This document shows positions 37,047 through 46,630 of a stretch of 64,000 nucleotides of DNA, piece after piece (position 1 is the first letter of the stretch; the number at the start of each line of letters is the position of its first letter). Where the stretch lies: NCBI GenBank assembly GCA_035541935.1, contig DATKMJ010000018.1:59043-123042 (forward strand), in the 5' to 3' direction. The notes below the pieces were generated by a model. It worked only from the letters and a program-made list of their open reading frames with translations. It made no database searches and had not been told where the DNA came from. A program made the position numbers and the translations under genes. This stretch comes from Candidatus Binatia bacterium (lineage in GTDB: Bacteria; Vulcanimicrobiota; Vulcanimicrobiia; Vulcanimicrobiales; Vulcanimicrobiaceae).

Positions 37047-37975
37047 ATCATGAGGCGCGCCAGCGCGTTAACGATGACGCTCACGACGAAGAGAATCAAG
37101 CCAAGCTCGATGAGCGCACTGATGTAGATGCTCGTCGTCGCCTCGGTGAACTCGTTGGCGATCACGCTCGCCAGCGTGTACGACGGGGCGAAGAGCGAGG
37201 CGGAGATTTCCGGGCGGTTCCCGATCACCATCGTCACGGCGATCGTCTCGCCGAGCGCGCGCCCGAGCGCCAGGATGCAAGCGCCGAAGATGCCGACCTT
37301 CGCCGCGGGAAGCACGACGCGCGTCGCCATCTCCCATTTCGTCGAGCCCAACGCCATGGAAGCCTCGCGCAGGTCGCGCGGGATCGCCGCGATGACGTCG
37401 CGCGAGATCGCCGTGACCGTCGGAACGATCATCAGCGCGAGGATGATTCCGGCCGTGAGCAGCCCGACGCCGTAAATCGGTCCCGAGAAGAGCGGCGTCC
37501 AGCCGAGGACCTTTTGCAGCAACGGTCCGATCGCCGTCCGGACGAACGGTGAGAGCACGAACAGCCCCCAGAGGCCGTAGACGACGCTCGGGACTGCGGC
37601 GAGTAACTCGATGAGAAACGAGAGCGGCGCCGCGAGCCATCTCGGAGCGAAGTCGGCAAGAAAGACCGCCGCCATGATCCCGACGAACCCCGCGAGCGCG
37701 ATCCCGATGAACGACGTTACGACGGTGCCGTAGATCATCGGCAGCGCGCCGAACTTGCTCGTGATCGGATCCCACGAGCTCTTCCAAATGAACGACGGGC
37801 CAAACGCGACGATCGAAGGCCACGAGCCGAGCACCAACTCGACGAAGAGTCCGACGATCAGCAGCGCGAAGAGGAAGCTGCCGCCGTAGACGATCGCGGC
37901 GAAGCCGCGGTCCACGGGACTAACGAATCGCGCTACCCGCCGAAAGGCTCCGTCGCTTCCCGTGCTTGGTGTCAT
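37022..37975 (-). CDS. pstC: phosphate ABC transporter permease PstC
   Basis: 317 aa permease (ASMALGSTKWEMATRVVLP). Confidence 0.9.
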   Translation of the reverse strand: MTPSTGSDGAFRRVARFVSPVDRGFAAIVYGGSFLFALLIVGLFVELVLGSWPSIVAFGPSFIWKSSWDPITSKFGALPMIYGTVVTSFIGIALAGFVGIMAAVFLADFAPRWLAAPLSFLIELLAAVPSVVYGLWGLFVLSPFVRTAIGPLLQKVLGWTPLFSGPIYGVGLLTAGIILALMIVPTVTAISRDVIAAIPRDLREASMALGSTKWEMATRVVLPAAKVGIFGACILALGRALGETIAVTMVIGNRPEISASLFAPSYTLASVIANEFTEATTSIYISALIELGLILFVVSVIVNALARLMIWSVRGST

Positions 37976-37993
37976 CCCGAGCCCGTCGAAGGA

Positions 37994-39019
37994 CTAACGC
38001 TGCATCTGTCTGAGCGTCGCCGATGCGGCGTTCTGCACGTTCACCGGCAACGGCACGTAGTCAATGGACTTCGCGTAGGATTGTCCCTGCGGGCCGACGA
38101 GCCATGCGAAGACGTCGTAGAGAATCTTGGCGCGCGACGAATCGGCCGGCTTCTTGTAGAGGACGACCCACGAGTATCCGGAGATCGGATACGATTTCGC
38201 GCCGAGCGCGTCGACGATCGAGAAGTTCGTCGCGTTCACCGCGGGCTTGGTCGCGGCGGCCGCGGCGACGTTATCGGCGGAGCAGGCCACCCAGTTGCCG
38301 GCCCGATTCTGCAGCGTCGCGGCGCTCATGTGATTCTCGATGACGTAGGCTAACTCGACGTATCCGATGGCGCCCGGCGTGCTGCGGATCTGTCCGGCGA
38401 CGCCTTCGTTGCCTTTCGCGCCGACCGAGCTCGGCGCGGGCCATTGGACGCTCTTGCCGGTGCCGACCTTGCTCTTCCACTCCGGCGAGACGTGGCTGAG
38501 GAAATCGGTGAAGATGTAACTCGTGCCCGATCCGTCGGAGCGATGGACGACGATGATCGAGGTGTCGGGGAGGCTCACTCCCTTGTTCAGCTTGGCGATC
38601 TCGGGATCGTTCCACTTGAGCACCTTGCCGAGATAGATGTCGGCGATCGCTTGGCGCGTCAGCTTGATCGCCTGCGTGACTCCCGGCAGGTTATAGGCGA
38701 TGGCCGCGCCGCCGAGGGCGACCGGAACCTGGAGCACCGGCTGGGCGGCTCGCGCCAGCTCTTCGGCGTTCATCGGCACGTCGGTCGCCCCGAAATCGAC
38801 GTTCTTGGCCGTGAACTGCTGGATGCCGCCGCCGCTGCCGATCGACTGGTAGTTGATCGTAACGTTCGGGTTCTTCTCGTTATAGATGTAGAAGGCTTTG
38901 GAAAAGAACGGGTAGTCGAAGCTCGATCCCGCCCCCGTCAGCTGCGTCGCCGCGGCGGCCGGCAGGGTCATGGCGACCGCAACGGCGGCCGTTGTCAACC
39001 AGCGAACGAACGATCTCAC
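37994..39019 (-). CDS. pstS: phosphate-binding protein PstS
   Basis: Signal peptide; GSGGGIQQF and SDGSGTSYIFTDFL motifs. GTG start with GGAGAG upstream. Confidence 0.9.
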   Translation of the reverse strand: MRSFVRWLTTAAVAVAMTLPAAAATQLTGAGSSFDYPFFSKAFYIYNEKNPNVTINYQSIGSGGGIQQFTAKNVDFGATDVPMNAEELARAAQPVLQVPVALGGAAIAYNLPGVTQAIKLTRQAIADIYLGKVLKWNDPEIAKLNKGVSLPDTSIIVVHRSDGSGTSYIFTDFLSHVSPEWKSKVGTGKSVQWPAPSSVGAKGNEGVAGQIRSTPGAIGYVELAYVIENHMSAATLQNRAGNWVACSADNVAAAAATKPAVNATNFSIVDALGAKSYPISGYSWVVLYKKPADSSRAKILYDVFAWLVGPQGQSYAKSIDYVPLPVNVQNAASATLRQMQR

Positions 39020-39071
39020 AGAAACTCTCCTTGCGTAGCGGTAGGTACTTCTATTTTTTACGCGACCGCTA

Positions 39072-39088
39072 TTAACGGCATGTTAAGA
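39072..39088. promoter_or_regulatory. candidate Pho-box-like direct repeat (TTAACG-N5-TTAAGA)
   Basis: Hexamers at 39072..39077 and 39083..39088, spaced 11 bp, about 55-70 nt upstream of the pstS start. Confidence 0.25.
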
Positions 39089-39092
39089 CAAG

Positions 39093-39119
39093 GCCTTCGG
39101 CCGGGCGGGCGCCGAAGGC
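39093..39119 (+). promoter_or_regulatory. 9-bp hairpin that includes the only SD-like element of thrS
   Basis: GCCTTCGGC (39093..39101) pairs with GCCGAAGGC (39111..39119). GAAGG in the 3' arm lies 8 nt upstream of ATG 39127. Confidence 0.3.
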
Positions 39120-39126
39120 GCGCCCC

Positions 39127-40836
39127 ATGCCATCGCTTGCCGAGCTGCGCCACACCGCCGCTCACGTCCTCGCTTATGCCGTCGAGGACCTCTTTCCCGA
39201 TGCGAAGCCGACGATCGGTCCCGCAATCGAGAACGGGTTCTACTACGATTTCGATCGGGTCGAGCCGTTCACGCCCGCCGATCTCGAGCGTCTCGAGGCT
39301 CGCATGCGGGAGATCGTGAGCGCCGACTACCCGATGACCGGCCGGCAAGTGACGCGCGAAGAAGCGATCGCAGCCTTCTCCGGCAATCCCTACAAGGTCG
39401 AGTTAGCGCGGGAGATTCCCGAGGGCGAGCCGATCACGCTCTATACCATCGGCGAGTTCACCGATCTCTGCCGCGGCGGCCACGCCGATTCGACCGGTGC
39501 GATCGGAGCGTTCAAACTGACGAGCGTTGCCGGCGCCTATTGGCGTGGCGACGAGCATAAGCCGATGCTGCAGCGGATCTACGGCACCGCTTGGCCCGAC
39601 CGCGCGCAGCTCGAAGAGTACCTCGCCCGCATCGAAGAAGCGCAGCGTCGCGACCATCGCAAGCTCGGCGCCGAGTTGAATCTCTACTCGATCGAAGAGG
39701 AGGCCGGCGGCGGACTCGTCTTCTGGCATCCGAAGGGCGCGATCGTCCGCGGCGTCGTCGAGGAGTTCATCCGGGAGGGACTGCGCGCGCGCGGCTACCA
39801 GCCCGTCGTCACGCCGCACGTCGTGAGCGAGCGGCTCTATGAAATCTCCGGTCACCTCGAAAACTATTCGCAGAACATGTTCGGCCCGCTCGACGTCGAG
39901 GGGCAGCGTTTCCGCGTCAAGCCGATGAACTGCCCCGGGCACATTCTCATCTTCAAGCACGGGCTGCGGAGTTATCGCGAGCTGCCGCTGCGCTTTTCGG
40001 AGTTTGGCACCGTCTATCGCTTCGAGCGATCCGGCGTGCTGCACGGCCTCAACCGCGTGCGCGGTTTTACGCAAGACGACGCGCACATCTTCTGCATGCC
40101 CGATCAACTGCAAGCCGAGTTCGAGCAGACGTTCGACGAAGCGCGAAGCGTGATGCATGCCTTCGGCTTTCACGATATCGCCTACGTTTTTTCCAAGCGT
40201 TCCGCGGAGGAGCGCGGCGAAACCGACGCTATCGCCGAGGAGGCGATCCGCAAGGCGCTCGATCGCTCCGGCCTCCCGTACGAGATCGACGAAGGCGGCG
40301 GCGCCTTTTACGGACCGAAGCTCGACATCAACGTGCGCGATGCGCTCGGCCGCCCGTGGCAGCTCGGGACGGTCCAGGTAGATTTTATTCTGCCTGCTCG
40401 CTTCGGGCTGAAGTACCGCGGTGCCGACGGCGAAGACCACCGGCCCGTTATGATCCATCGGGCACTTGCAGGCTCGCTCGAACGTTTCATAGGTGTCTTG
40501 ATCGAGCATTACGCCGGAGCGTTCCCCGCTTGGTTAGCACCCGTTCAAGTCGTCGTTGCCCCGATTTCTGAGGATCAGCTGAGATATGCCGGAGAGGTAG
40601 CGTCGAAGCTTCGGGCGGCGGGCTTTCGGGTCGAGGTTGACGAAACGAATGAGAAGCTCGGACACAAGATTCGGCACTGGAAACTGGAGAAAGTGCCATA
40701 CATTTTAGTGACGGGTAAACAAGAGGTCGTAGACGGAACCGTGAACGTGAATCAGCGCGGCATTGACGAGAAGCGCACGATTTCCATCGGATCGTTTATC
40801 GATGAAATGCAGAGAGTCGTCGAGGCAAAACAGTAA
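39127..40836 (+). CDS. thrS: threonine-tRNA ligase (lacks the N-terminal TGS domain)
   Basis: 569 aa. Begins at the editing-domain HxxxH region (RHTAAHVLAYAV...GFYYDFD). Class II core plus an anticodon-binding domain. Confidence 0.92.
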   Translation: MPSLAELRHTAAHVLAYAVEDLFPDAKPTIGPAIENGFYYDFDRVEPFTPADLERLEARMREIVSADYPMTGRQVTREEAIAAFSGNPYKVELAREIPEGEPITLYTIGEFTDLCRGGHADSTGAIGAFKLTSVAGAYWRGDEHKPMLQRIYGTAWPDRAQLEEYLARIEEAQRRDHRKLGAELNLYSIEEEAGGGLVFWHPKGAIVRGVVEEFIREGLRARGYQPVVTPHVVSERLYEISGHLENYSQNMFGPLDVEGQRFRVKPMNCPGHILIFKHGLRSYRELPLRFSEFGTVYRFERSGVLHGLNRVRGFTQDDAHIFCMPDQLQAEFEQTFDEARSVMHAFGFHDIAYVFSKRSAEERGETDAIAEEAIRKALDRSGLPYEIDEGGGAFYGPKLDINVRDALGRPWQLGTVQVDFILPARFGLKYRGADGEDHRPVMIHRALAGSLERFIGVLIEHYAGAFPAWLAPVQVVVAPISEDQLRYAGEVASKLRAAGFRVEVDETNEKLGHKIRHWKLEKVPYILVTGKQEVVDGTVNVNQRGIDEKRTISIGSFIDEMQRVVEAKQ

Positions 40837-40840
40837 CGCA

Positions 40841-41770
40841 ATGAAGTTTGATGCGCGCGCCGTCTTTGCGGCGCTTGCACTGGTGCTGGCGTCCTGCCAA
40901 GGTGCGGGTCTCGATAGCGGCATGGGCGGCATGGAGCCGCCGGTATCGCAACCCGGTTCTATGACCGGCGGATTGAACGGCGGCGGCTTCAACGGCGGCA
41001 TGAACGGTCAGATGGGCGGTCCGAACGTCGGATCGAACGGCCAAGAGCAGCTCGCCAATCCCGGAGCGACGCTGGCACCGAATGCGGCGCAGTATCCGAT
41101 CGGCCAGGGCCCCTCGGGCATGAAGTGTCCGCTCGTGCAGCAGATGGGTCAGGCGTTCACCTGCACCGTCGCGTTTAACATTCCGGCGGCTTCGCCGGCG
41201 CCGAGCGGCGGAGCGAAGGGCACGCCTGCGCCGACGCCGACCGCAAGCCCGACGCCGACCCCGCAGCCGAGCGCATCGTCCGACGACGACAGCGACGATT
41301 CCGACGACACGCCGACCCCGTCGGCAGCCCCGTTTGGAACGCTGACGCTCCTCATGGAGCCTTTGCCGAAGGATATGCCGGCGATGACCCTGCCGAATCC
41401 GATGTTCTCGCGAATCACGCCGCTCGTCGCGATCCGCATGCAGAGCAACATGGACTTCGTGCTCAACGGCCAAGCCTCGGTGCTCTACCAGCTGCCGGAT
41501 TCACAGATCGCCGGCCGCGTCTTCTCGCTGCAGCTCTACAACGAGTCGATCGTCCGCGGAAAGCGCACCGACCAGCTCATCGCGACCTACGGAAAGTGGA
41601 CGTCGCCGCAGAGCAACGAAGTGCAGTTCCAGTTCACGACGCCGAAGGTGACCGTGCGGCACACGCAGATATGGCTCTTGGCGCTCTACGGCGCGCAACT
41701 TCCGCCGGGCTCCACACCGACGCCCTCACCGACCCCGCCCTCGTCCGCCTCGCCGAGCGCCTCTCCCTAG
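40841..41770 (+). CDS. low-complexity (Gly/Pro/Ser/Thr-rich) lipoprotein
   Basis: Start set at MKFDARAVFAALALVLASC (lipobox). Contains GGxNGG repeats and a PTPTASPTPTPQPS linker; the C-terminal ~130 aa look globular. Confidence 0.6.
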   Translation: MKFDARAVFAALALVLASCQGAGLDSGMGGMEPPVSQPGSMTGGLNGGGFNGGMNGQMGGPNVGSNGQEQLANPGATLAPNAAQYPIGQGPSGMKCPLVQQMGQAFTCTVAFNIPAASPAPSGGAKGTPAPTPTASPTPTPQPSASSDDDSDDSDDTPTPSAAPFGTLTLLMEPLPKDMPAMTLPNPMFSRITPLVAIRMQSNMDFVLNGQASVLYQLPDSQIAGRVFSLQLYNESIVRGKRTDQLIATYGKWTSPQSNEVQFQFTTPKVTVRHTQIWLLALYGAQLPPGSTPTPSPTPPSSASPSASP

Positions 41771-41792
41771 CGGTAGCCGTCTCTCGCGACGG

Positions 41793-42698
41793 TTACCATT
41801 GTATGACGATGATGCCGTTGCCGAACCAGTCGTAGCCCTGCCAGTCGTGGATCGCGATGCCGCCGGGCTCGACGTACGACGATCCGCCGCCTCCGCCGCC
41901 GCCCGACCCGGCGCCCTCCCCGTTCGAACCGATCGAGCCGCTCCCGCCGCCCCCGCCACCGTAGTAGCCGCCACCGCCGCCACCGCCGGCCTTCTGGTAC
42001 GACGCGCCGGCGCCCGCGCCGCCCGTGGCGAGCGAGCCGGGGTTTCCGGGAACGCCCAAATACGAACCGGGCAAGCCGCCCGCTCCGCCTTCGTATTGCG
42101 TGCCGCCACCGCCACCGCCGCCGTTGAGGCCGTGCCCGTAGGCCTTGCGGCCGCGTCCGGCTCCACCGACCGGGCCGCCGCCCCAGCCGCCGTTCATTCT
42201 GGCAAAGCCTTGACCACCGCCGCCGCCCGCAACGACGATGCGGTCGCTGAGATCGTCTCCGCTCCGGCGCACGTCGGAAGCGCCGCCGCCTCCGTAGCCA
42301 CATTGGTTGCAGTACGCATCGGAGCCGCCGCTGCCGCCGCCGTTGAAACCTCCGTCGGGGGTCGATCCTTCGCCGCCGACGTACACGTAAAGCACGTCGC
42401 CCGGATTCACCGGCACCTTCGCGCGCACGCGGCCGGGAAAGCCGCCGTGGCCGGCACCGTGGCCGCCGGTTGCGCTGATGATGACGGAATAGATGCCGGC
42501 GGGCACTTTGAACCGCTGCTCGCTTGCCGTGTAATGGAACGTGCGCGATCCCTTCGTCGCCGCATCGAACGACGCGCGCTCTGCGCTCGGCGAAATTTGC
42601 GCGCCGCCGCAGCCTGCTACGAAGGCGGCGGCGATACAAGCGCTGACGAAGCGACGCACGTTTCTCTTCTCGCTAATGCGGTGCCTTAGCGTTCTCAT
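41793..42698 (-). CDS. glycine-rich-domain lipoprotein
   Basis: Start set at MRTLRHRISEKRNVRRFVSACIAAAFVAGC (lipobox). Long GGxGG tracts are interleaved with beta-like segments (YSVIISATGG, VLYVYVGG, IVVAGGGGG), typical of bacterial glycine-rich-domain proteins. Confidence 0.62.
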   Translation of the reverse strand: MRTLRHRISEKRNVRRFVSACIAAAFVAGCGGAQISPSAERASFDAATKGSRTFHYTASEQRFKVPAGIYSVIISATGGHGAGHGGFPGRVRAKVPVNPGDVLYVYVGGEGSTPDGGFNGGGSGGSDAYCNQCGYGGGGASDVRRSGDDLSDRIVVAGGGGGQGFARMNGGWGGGPVGGAGRGRKAYGHGLNGGGGGGGTQYEGGAGGLPGSYLGVPGNPGSLATGGAGAGASYQKAGGGGGGGYYGGGGGGSGSIGSNGEGAGSGGGGGGGSSYVEPGGIAIHDWQGYDWFGNGIIVIQW

Positions 42699-42782
42699 AG
42701 GCACCGCGATTGGCGGTCGGCGCCCGCGGCTCCCCGTGGCCGCGATAGGAGTTGCCCGCTTTCCCGGAGTAGGCAAGCCGGT

Positions 42783-42807
42783 CGGCCCGACCGGGCCGGT
42801 CTTTTTT
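42783..42807 (+). terminator. terminator-like hairpin in the hppA 5' region
   Basis: CGGCCC-GACC-GGGCCG followed by GTCTTTTTT, ending 30 nt before the hppA ATG. No plus-strand gene lies upstream. Confidence 0.4.
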
Positions 42808-42836
42808 ACCCATCCCTCCTTTAGGAATCTGCACGA

Positions 42837-44945
42837 ATGACCGCACAGACAGCGATCGAAGCCGGACTGATCGGGGGCGCCCTCGCGGTGCTTTACGGAA
42901 TAGCGCTCACGTTCTGGGTGCTCGCCCAGCCCGCCGGCAACGAACGCATGCAAGAGATCGCAGCCGCCATCCAAGAAGGCGCGATGGCCTTCCTACAGCG
43001 TCAGTACCGAACGGTGGCGATCGTCGCGATCGTCCTTGCCGTCGTCATCTTCTTCGCACCGACGCTGGGCAAGGAAGCGGCCGTCGGCTTTTTGATCGGC
43101 GCGATTCTCTCCGGTGCGGCGGGCTTCATCGGCATGGTCGTCTCGGTGCGCGCAAACGTGCGCACAGCGGAAGCGGCGCGCGGCGGCTTAACGCCGGCGC
43201 TCAACGTCGCGTTTCGCGGGGGTTCCGTCACCGGAATGCTCGTCGTCGGGCTCGGGCTGCTTGCGGTCTCGGGCTACTACGCGATTCTCTTGCGCGTTAA
43301 CGGCGGCGACGCCGCGACGTCGCTCAACGCGATGGTCGGCCTCGCGTTCGGATGCTCGTTGATCTCGGTCTTCGCACGTCTCGGCGGCGGAATCTATACG
43401 AAGGCGGCCGACGTCGGCGCGGACCTCGTCGGCAAAGTCGAGGCCGGAATTCCGGAAGACGACCCTCGCAATCCCGCGGTCATCGCCGATAACGTCGGCG
43501 ACAACGTCGGCGATTGCGCCGGCATGGCGGCCGATCTCTTCGAGACGTACTGCGTAACGACGGTCGCAGCGATGCTGCTCGGCAACCTGCTCTTCGCGAC
43601 GACGCTGCCGTCGGCAACGACCTTCCCGCTGCTCCTCGGCGCCGTCTCGATCGTCGCGTCGATCGTCGGCATCATCTTCGTCGGCGTCGGGCGCGTCAGC
43701 CGAGCGAAGATCATGGGCGCGCTCTATCGCGGCATGATCGTCGCCGGCGTGCTCGCGCTCGTCGGGTTCTACTACGTGTCGCAGTCGGTTTTCGCGAACG
43801 CCGCGGGCGTCAGCCAGATGGGAATCTTTCTCTGCGCGGTCGTCGGCGTCGTGATCACCGGCCTGATCACGTTCATCACGGAGTACTATACGGGCGCGCA
43901 GTTCCCACCGGTGCAGCGTATCGCAAAAGCGTCGGTCACCGGTCACGCGACGAACATCATCGCCGGCCTCGCCGTCTCGATGCAGTCCACCGCGCTGCCG
44001 GCAATCGTCATCGTGCTCGGCATCCTCGTGAGTTACGGGCTCGCCGGCGTCTACGGCGTCGGCATCGCGGTCATGGCGATGCTCTCGATGGCGGGCATCG
44101 TCGTCGCGATCGACTCGTTCGGGCCGATTACCGACAACGCCGGCGGCATCGCCGAGATGGCCGACATGCCGAAGGAAGTGCGCGACGTCACCGATCCGCT
44201 CGATGCGGTCGGCAACACGACGAAGGCCGTGACGAAAGGATATGCGATCGGCTCGGCGGCGCTCGCCGCTCTCGTTCTCTTCGCGTCGTTCCTCGAGCAG
44301 CTGACGCGGCACAAGTGCCCGGGCGCCGAGACGACCGCCTGCATCGAAGGCGTGCGCAATCTCTTCGCGGTCGGAAACCCGTTCGTGCTCTGCGGCCTCT
44401 TCATCGGCGGTCTCTTACCCTATCTCTTTGCGTCGCTCTCGATGGAAGCGGTCGGGCGCGCCGGCGGCGCCGTCGTCGAGGAAGTGCGGCGCCAGTTCCG
44501 CGAGATTCCCGGCATCATGGATGGAACCGGGCGTCCCGACTACGGCACGACCGTGGACATCGTGACGCGCGCCGCACTGCACGAGATGATCGTGCCCGCG
44601 CTCATTCCGGTCGGCGTTCCGCTCGCCGTCGTGCTGCTCACCTACTTTAACGTGCTGCGCGGCGATACGGGCGCGCAGATGATGGGCGGCATCCTCGTCG
44701 GGTCGATCGTCACCGGCTTCTTCGTCGCCATCTCAATGACGTCGGGCGGCGGCGCGTGGGACAACGCCAAGAAGTATATCGAGGACGGACACTACGGGGG
44801 TAAAGGCTCGACAGCGCATCAGGCTGCGGTCACGGGCGACACCGTCGGAGATCCCTATAAAGACACCGCGGGTCCGGCGATCAACCCGATGATCAAGGTG
44901 CTCAACATCGTGGCGCTCTTGCTCGTCGCCTTCCTCGTGCACTAA
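42837..44945 (+). CDS. hppA: membrane-bound proton/sodium-translocating pyrophosphatase
   Basis: 702 aa, about 16 TM segments, with signature [17 protein letters not shown] and DNAGGIAEM. Confidence 0.93.
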   Translation: MTAQTAIEAGLIGGALAVLYGIALTFWVLAQPAGNERMQEIAAAIQEGAMAFLQRQYRTVAIVAIVLAVVIFFAPTLGKEAAVGFLIGAILSGAAGFIGMVVSVRANVRTAEAARGGLTPALNVAFRGGSVTGMLVVGLGLLAVSGYYAILLRVNGGDAATSLNAMVGLAFGCSLISVFARLGGGIYTKAADVGADLVGKVEAGIPEDDPRNPAVIADNVGDNVGDCAGMAADLFETYCVTTVAAMLLGNLLFATTLPSATTFPLLLGAVSIVASIVGIIFVGVGRVSRAKIMGALYRGMIVAGVLALVGFYYVSQSVFANAAGVSQMGIFLCAVVGVVITGLITFITEYYTGAQFPPVQRIAKASVTGHATNIIAGLAVSMQSTALPAIVIVLGILVSYGLAGVYGVGIAVMAMLSMAGIVVAIDSFGPITDNAGGIAEMADMPKEVRDVTDPLDAVGNTTKAVTKGYAIGSAALAALVLFASFLEQLTRHKCPGAETTACIEGVRNLFAVGNPFVLCGLFIGGLLPYLFASLSMEAVGRAGGAVVEEVRRQFREIPGIMDGTGRPDYGTTVDIVTRAALHEMIVPALIPVGVPLAVVLLTYFNVLRGDTGAQMMGGILVGSIVTGFFVAISMTSGGGAWDNAKKYIEDGHYGGKGSTAHQAAVTGDTVGDPYKDTAGPAINPMIKVLNIVALLLVAFLVH

Positions 44946-45415
44946 GCCGAAGGCGAAACGGGCGGCGCACCGCCCGCGCCGTAGGACTCCTCGTACTTAC
45001 GGAAGATGACGACGTAGCTCGTCACGATGAAGGCGATCGCGAAGGCGAGCAACCCGTCGCCGATCGTGCTCGAAAGGCTGCCATGCATCGGCATCGTCAT
45101 TCGAATCAGGTAGCGTAGGCCGAAGGCCACGAAGAAGATTGCGATCGTCACCCACGACGATCCGAGGTACATGACGCCGCGGCGTTCCGTCGGCCGTACC
45201 TCGGTGTGCATGCCCCGTAGGATGCCGAACGGAATGCCTGCGAGCGCTCCGAGAACCAGACCGGCCGCAATCTCTACCGGCGGCGCCGGGTTGAGCAAGT
45301 TGTTTGCATAGATCGCCCAGCCGGTCAGGCCGCAGAGAAAGATCGGCGCTACCCACATTCGCGTGACGCTGATTCGCTGCGGCCGCGTCCACCGTACGGC
45401 AAGAATCGCTACCAC
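44942..45415 (-). CDS. small integral membrane protein (four TM; possibly CcdC/DUF1453-like)
   Basis: 157 aa, GTG start, four hydrophobic helices. The family assignment is tentative. Confidence 0.55.
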   Translation of the reverse strand: MVAILAVRWTRPQRISVTRMWVAPIFLCGLTGWAIYANNLLNPAPPVEIAAGLVLGALAGIPFGILRGMHTEVRPTERRGVMYLGSSWVTIAIFFVAFGLRYLIRMTMPMHGSLSSTIGDGLLAFAIAFIVTSYVVIFRKYEESYGAGGAPPVSPSA

Positions 45416-45468
45416 GATGAGAAGCGGTAGTAACTGCGCCCACGGTGGGATGGTCGGTTGAGGTTGCG

Positions 45469-45840
45469 TTACTTGATCTCCACCTTAGCGCCGGCTTCTT
45501 CGAGCTTCTTTTTGATCTGCTCGGCTTCGTCTTTGGGCACGCCCTCTTTCACGGCCTTGGGCGCGCTCTCCACGAAGGCTTTCGCCTCGGTGAGCCCCAG
45601 GCTCGTGATCTCGCGCACCGCCTTGATGACCTTGATCTTCTCCGCGCCAACTTCGGCGAGTACGACGTCGAATTCGGTCTTCTCGGCCTCCGGCGCCGCT
45701 GCGGCGCCGGGTCCGGCCGCCATCATCGCGACCGGCGCGGCCGCGGATACGCCGTATTTCTCCTCGAGTTGCTTCACGAGGTCCGCGAGCTCGAGAACGG
45801 TGAGCTTATCGATCTGGTCGATGAGTTCGGCAACTGCCAT
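45469..45840 (-). CDS. rplL: 50S ribosomal protein L7/L12
   Basis: 123 aa with the Ala-rich hinge and a C-terminal EAGAKVEIK. Confidence 0.95.
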   Translation of the reverse strand: MAVAELIDQIDKLTVLELADLVKQLEEKYGVSAAAPVAMMAAGPGAAAAPEAEKTEFDVVLAEVGAEKIKVIKAVREITSLGLTEAKAFVESAPKAVKEGVPKDEAEQIKKKLEEAGAKVEIK

Positions 45841-45864
45841 GATCTGTCGTTATCCTTTACTTGC

Positions 45865-46392
45865 TTAAGCGTTTGAAGTTGCGGCTTTTTGCTCGCGGAT
45901 GGCGTTGAGCACCCGCACGAGGCCGCCCTGATTCCCGGAGAGCACCGTGACGAGCCCGCGAAGCGGACTGGCGAGCGAGCCGACGAGGCTCGCGATCAGT
46001 TCGATCTTCGGCGGGAGCTTGGCCAGCCGTTCGACCTGCTTGGCATCGACGATCTGGCCGTCAATGTAGGCGGCCTTCACGGCGACCTTTTTGACGGAGT
46101 CGCTGAATGTCTTGAGCGCCTTGGCAGGCGCGACGGGGTCGGTCCCGGCAAAGACGATGCCGGTCGGACCGGCGAGGAAACTCTCCAACTGCGCTGCGAG
46201 ATCACCCGCGGCGATGCGGAAGAGCGTGTTCTTGACGACGGCGTAGGTATTGCCGTCCTTGCGAAGCTCGCCGCGAAGCTTCGTGATCTCCGCGACGGTG
46301 AGGCCGGCGTAGTCGGTCAAGAAGAGGGATTTCGCGCCCGCGAGCCTCTCGGCGAGCTTCTCTATTGCGGCTTCTTTACGAGCGGTCGGCAT
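45865..46392 (-). CDS. rplJ: 50S ribosomal protein L10
   Basis: Start set at MPTARKEAAIEKLAERL. Typical L10 sequence. Confidence 0.93.
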   Translation of the reverse strand: MPTARKEAAIEKLAERLAGAKSLFLTDYAGLTVAEITKLRGELRKDGNTYAVVKNTLFRIAAGDLAAQLESFLAGPTGIVFAGTDPVAPAKALKTFSDSVKKVAVKAAYIDGQIVDAKQVERLAKLPPKIELIASLVGSLASPLRGLVTVLSGNQGGLVRVLNAIREQKAATSNA

Positions 46393-46567
46393 TCGATTCT
46401 GATTCCCAACAAGCGATGTGAAACGAAAAAGCGCCCCGGTCGAGGGCGCTACATTCAAAGAGTCCATCGCCTAGGCGATGCCCGAATTTCGCATCCTCGG
46501 TACCCCTTCGACTTCGCGTGGAGGTCGAAAATTAAGGCCTCGCGGCCGGCTACGGTCTTTGGAGCCG
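46393..46567 (-). promoter_or_regulatory. rplJ (L10) leader with an attenuator-type terminator hairpin
   Basis: Minus strand contains hairpins CAUCGCC-UAG-GCGAUG and UUCGAC...GUCGAA. GCGCCC-UCGACC-GGGGCGC followed by UUUUU lies at 46450..46426, about 35 nt before the rplJ ATG. Confidence 0.45.
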
Positions 46568-46573
46568 TCGGTT

Positions 46574-46603
46574 AGCCTACCACAGGAGCGCGGGGGGTTG
46601 CAA
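46574..46603 (-). promoter_or_regulatory. sigma70-like promoter (TTGCAA-18 nt-TAGGCT) for rplJL
   Basis: Minus strand: -35 at 46603..46598 and -10 at 46579..46574. Confidence 0.4.
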
Positions 46604-46630
46604 GCGTTTGCGAGAAGGCGCGCTCGCAAG

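Noticed and set aside
41767-42689. Multiple long ORFs in other frames and on the other strand over the glycine-rich gene; repetitive GGC/GCC DNA also considered as a repeat array
   Set aside because: The repeats are irregular codon-level Gly runs. They lack the fixed repeat/spacer pattern of a CRISPR array or tandem-repeat element. Only the frame with the lipobox N-terminus and structured C-terminus makes a plausible protein.
43188-44312. 374-aa minus-strand ORF
   Set aside because: It is antisense to hppA and is Arg/Asp-rich.
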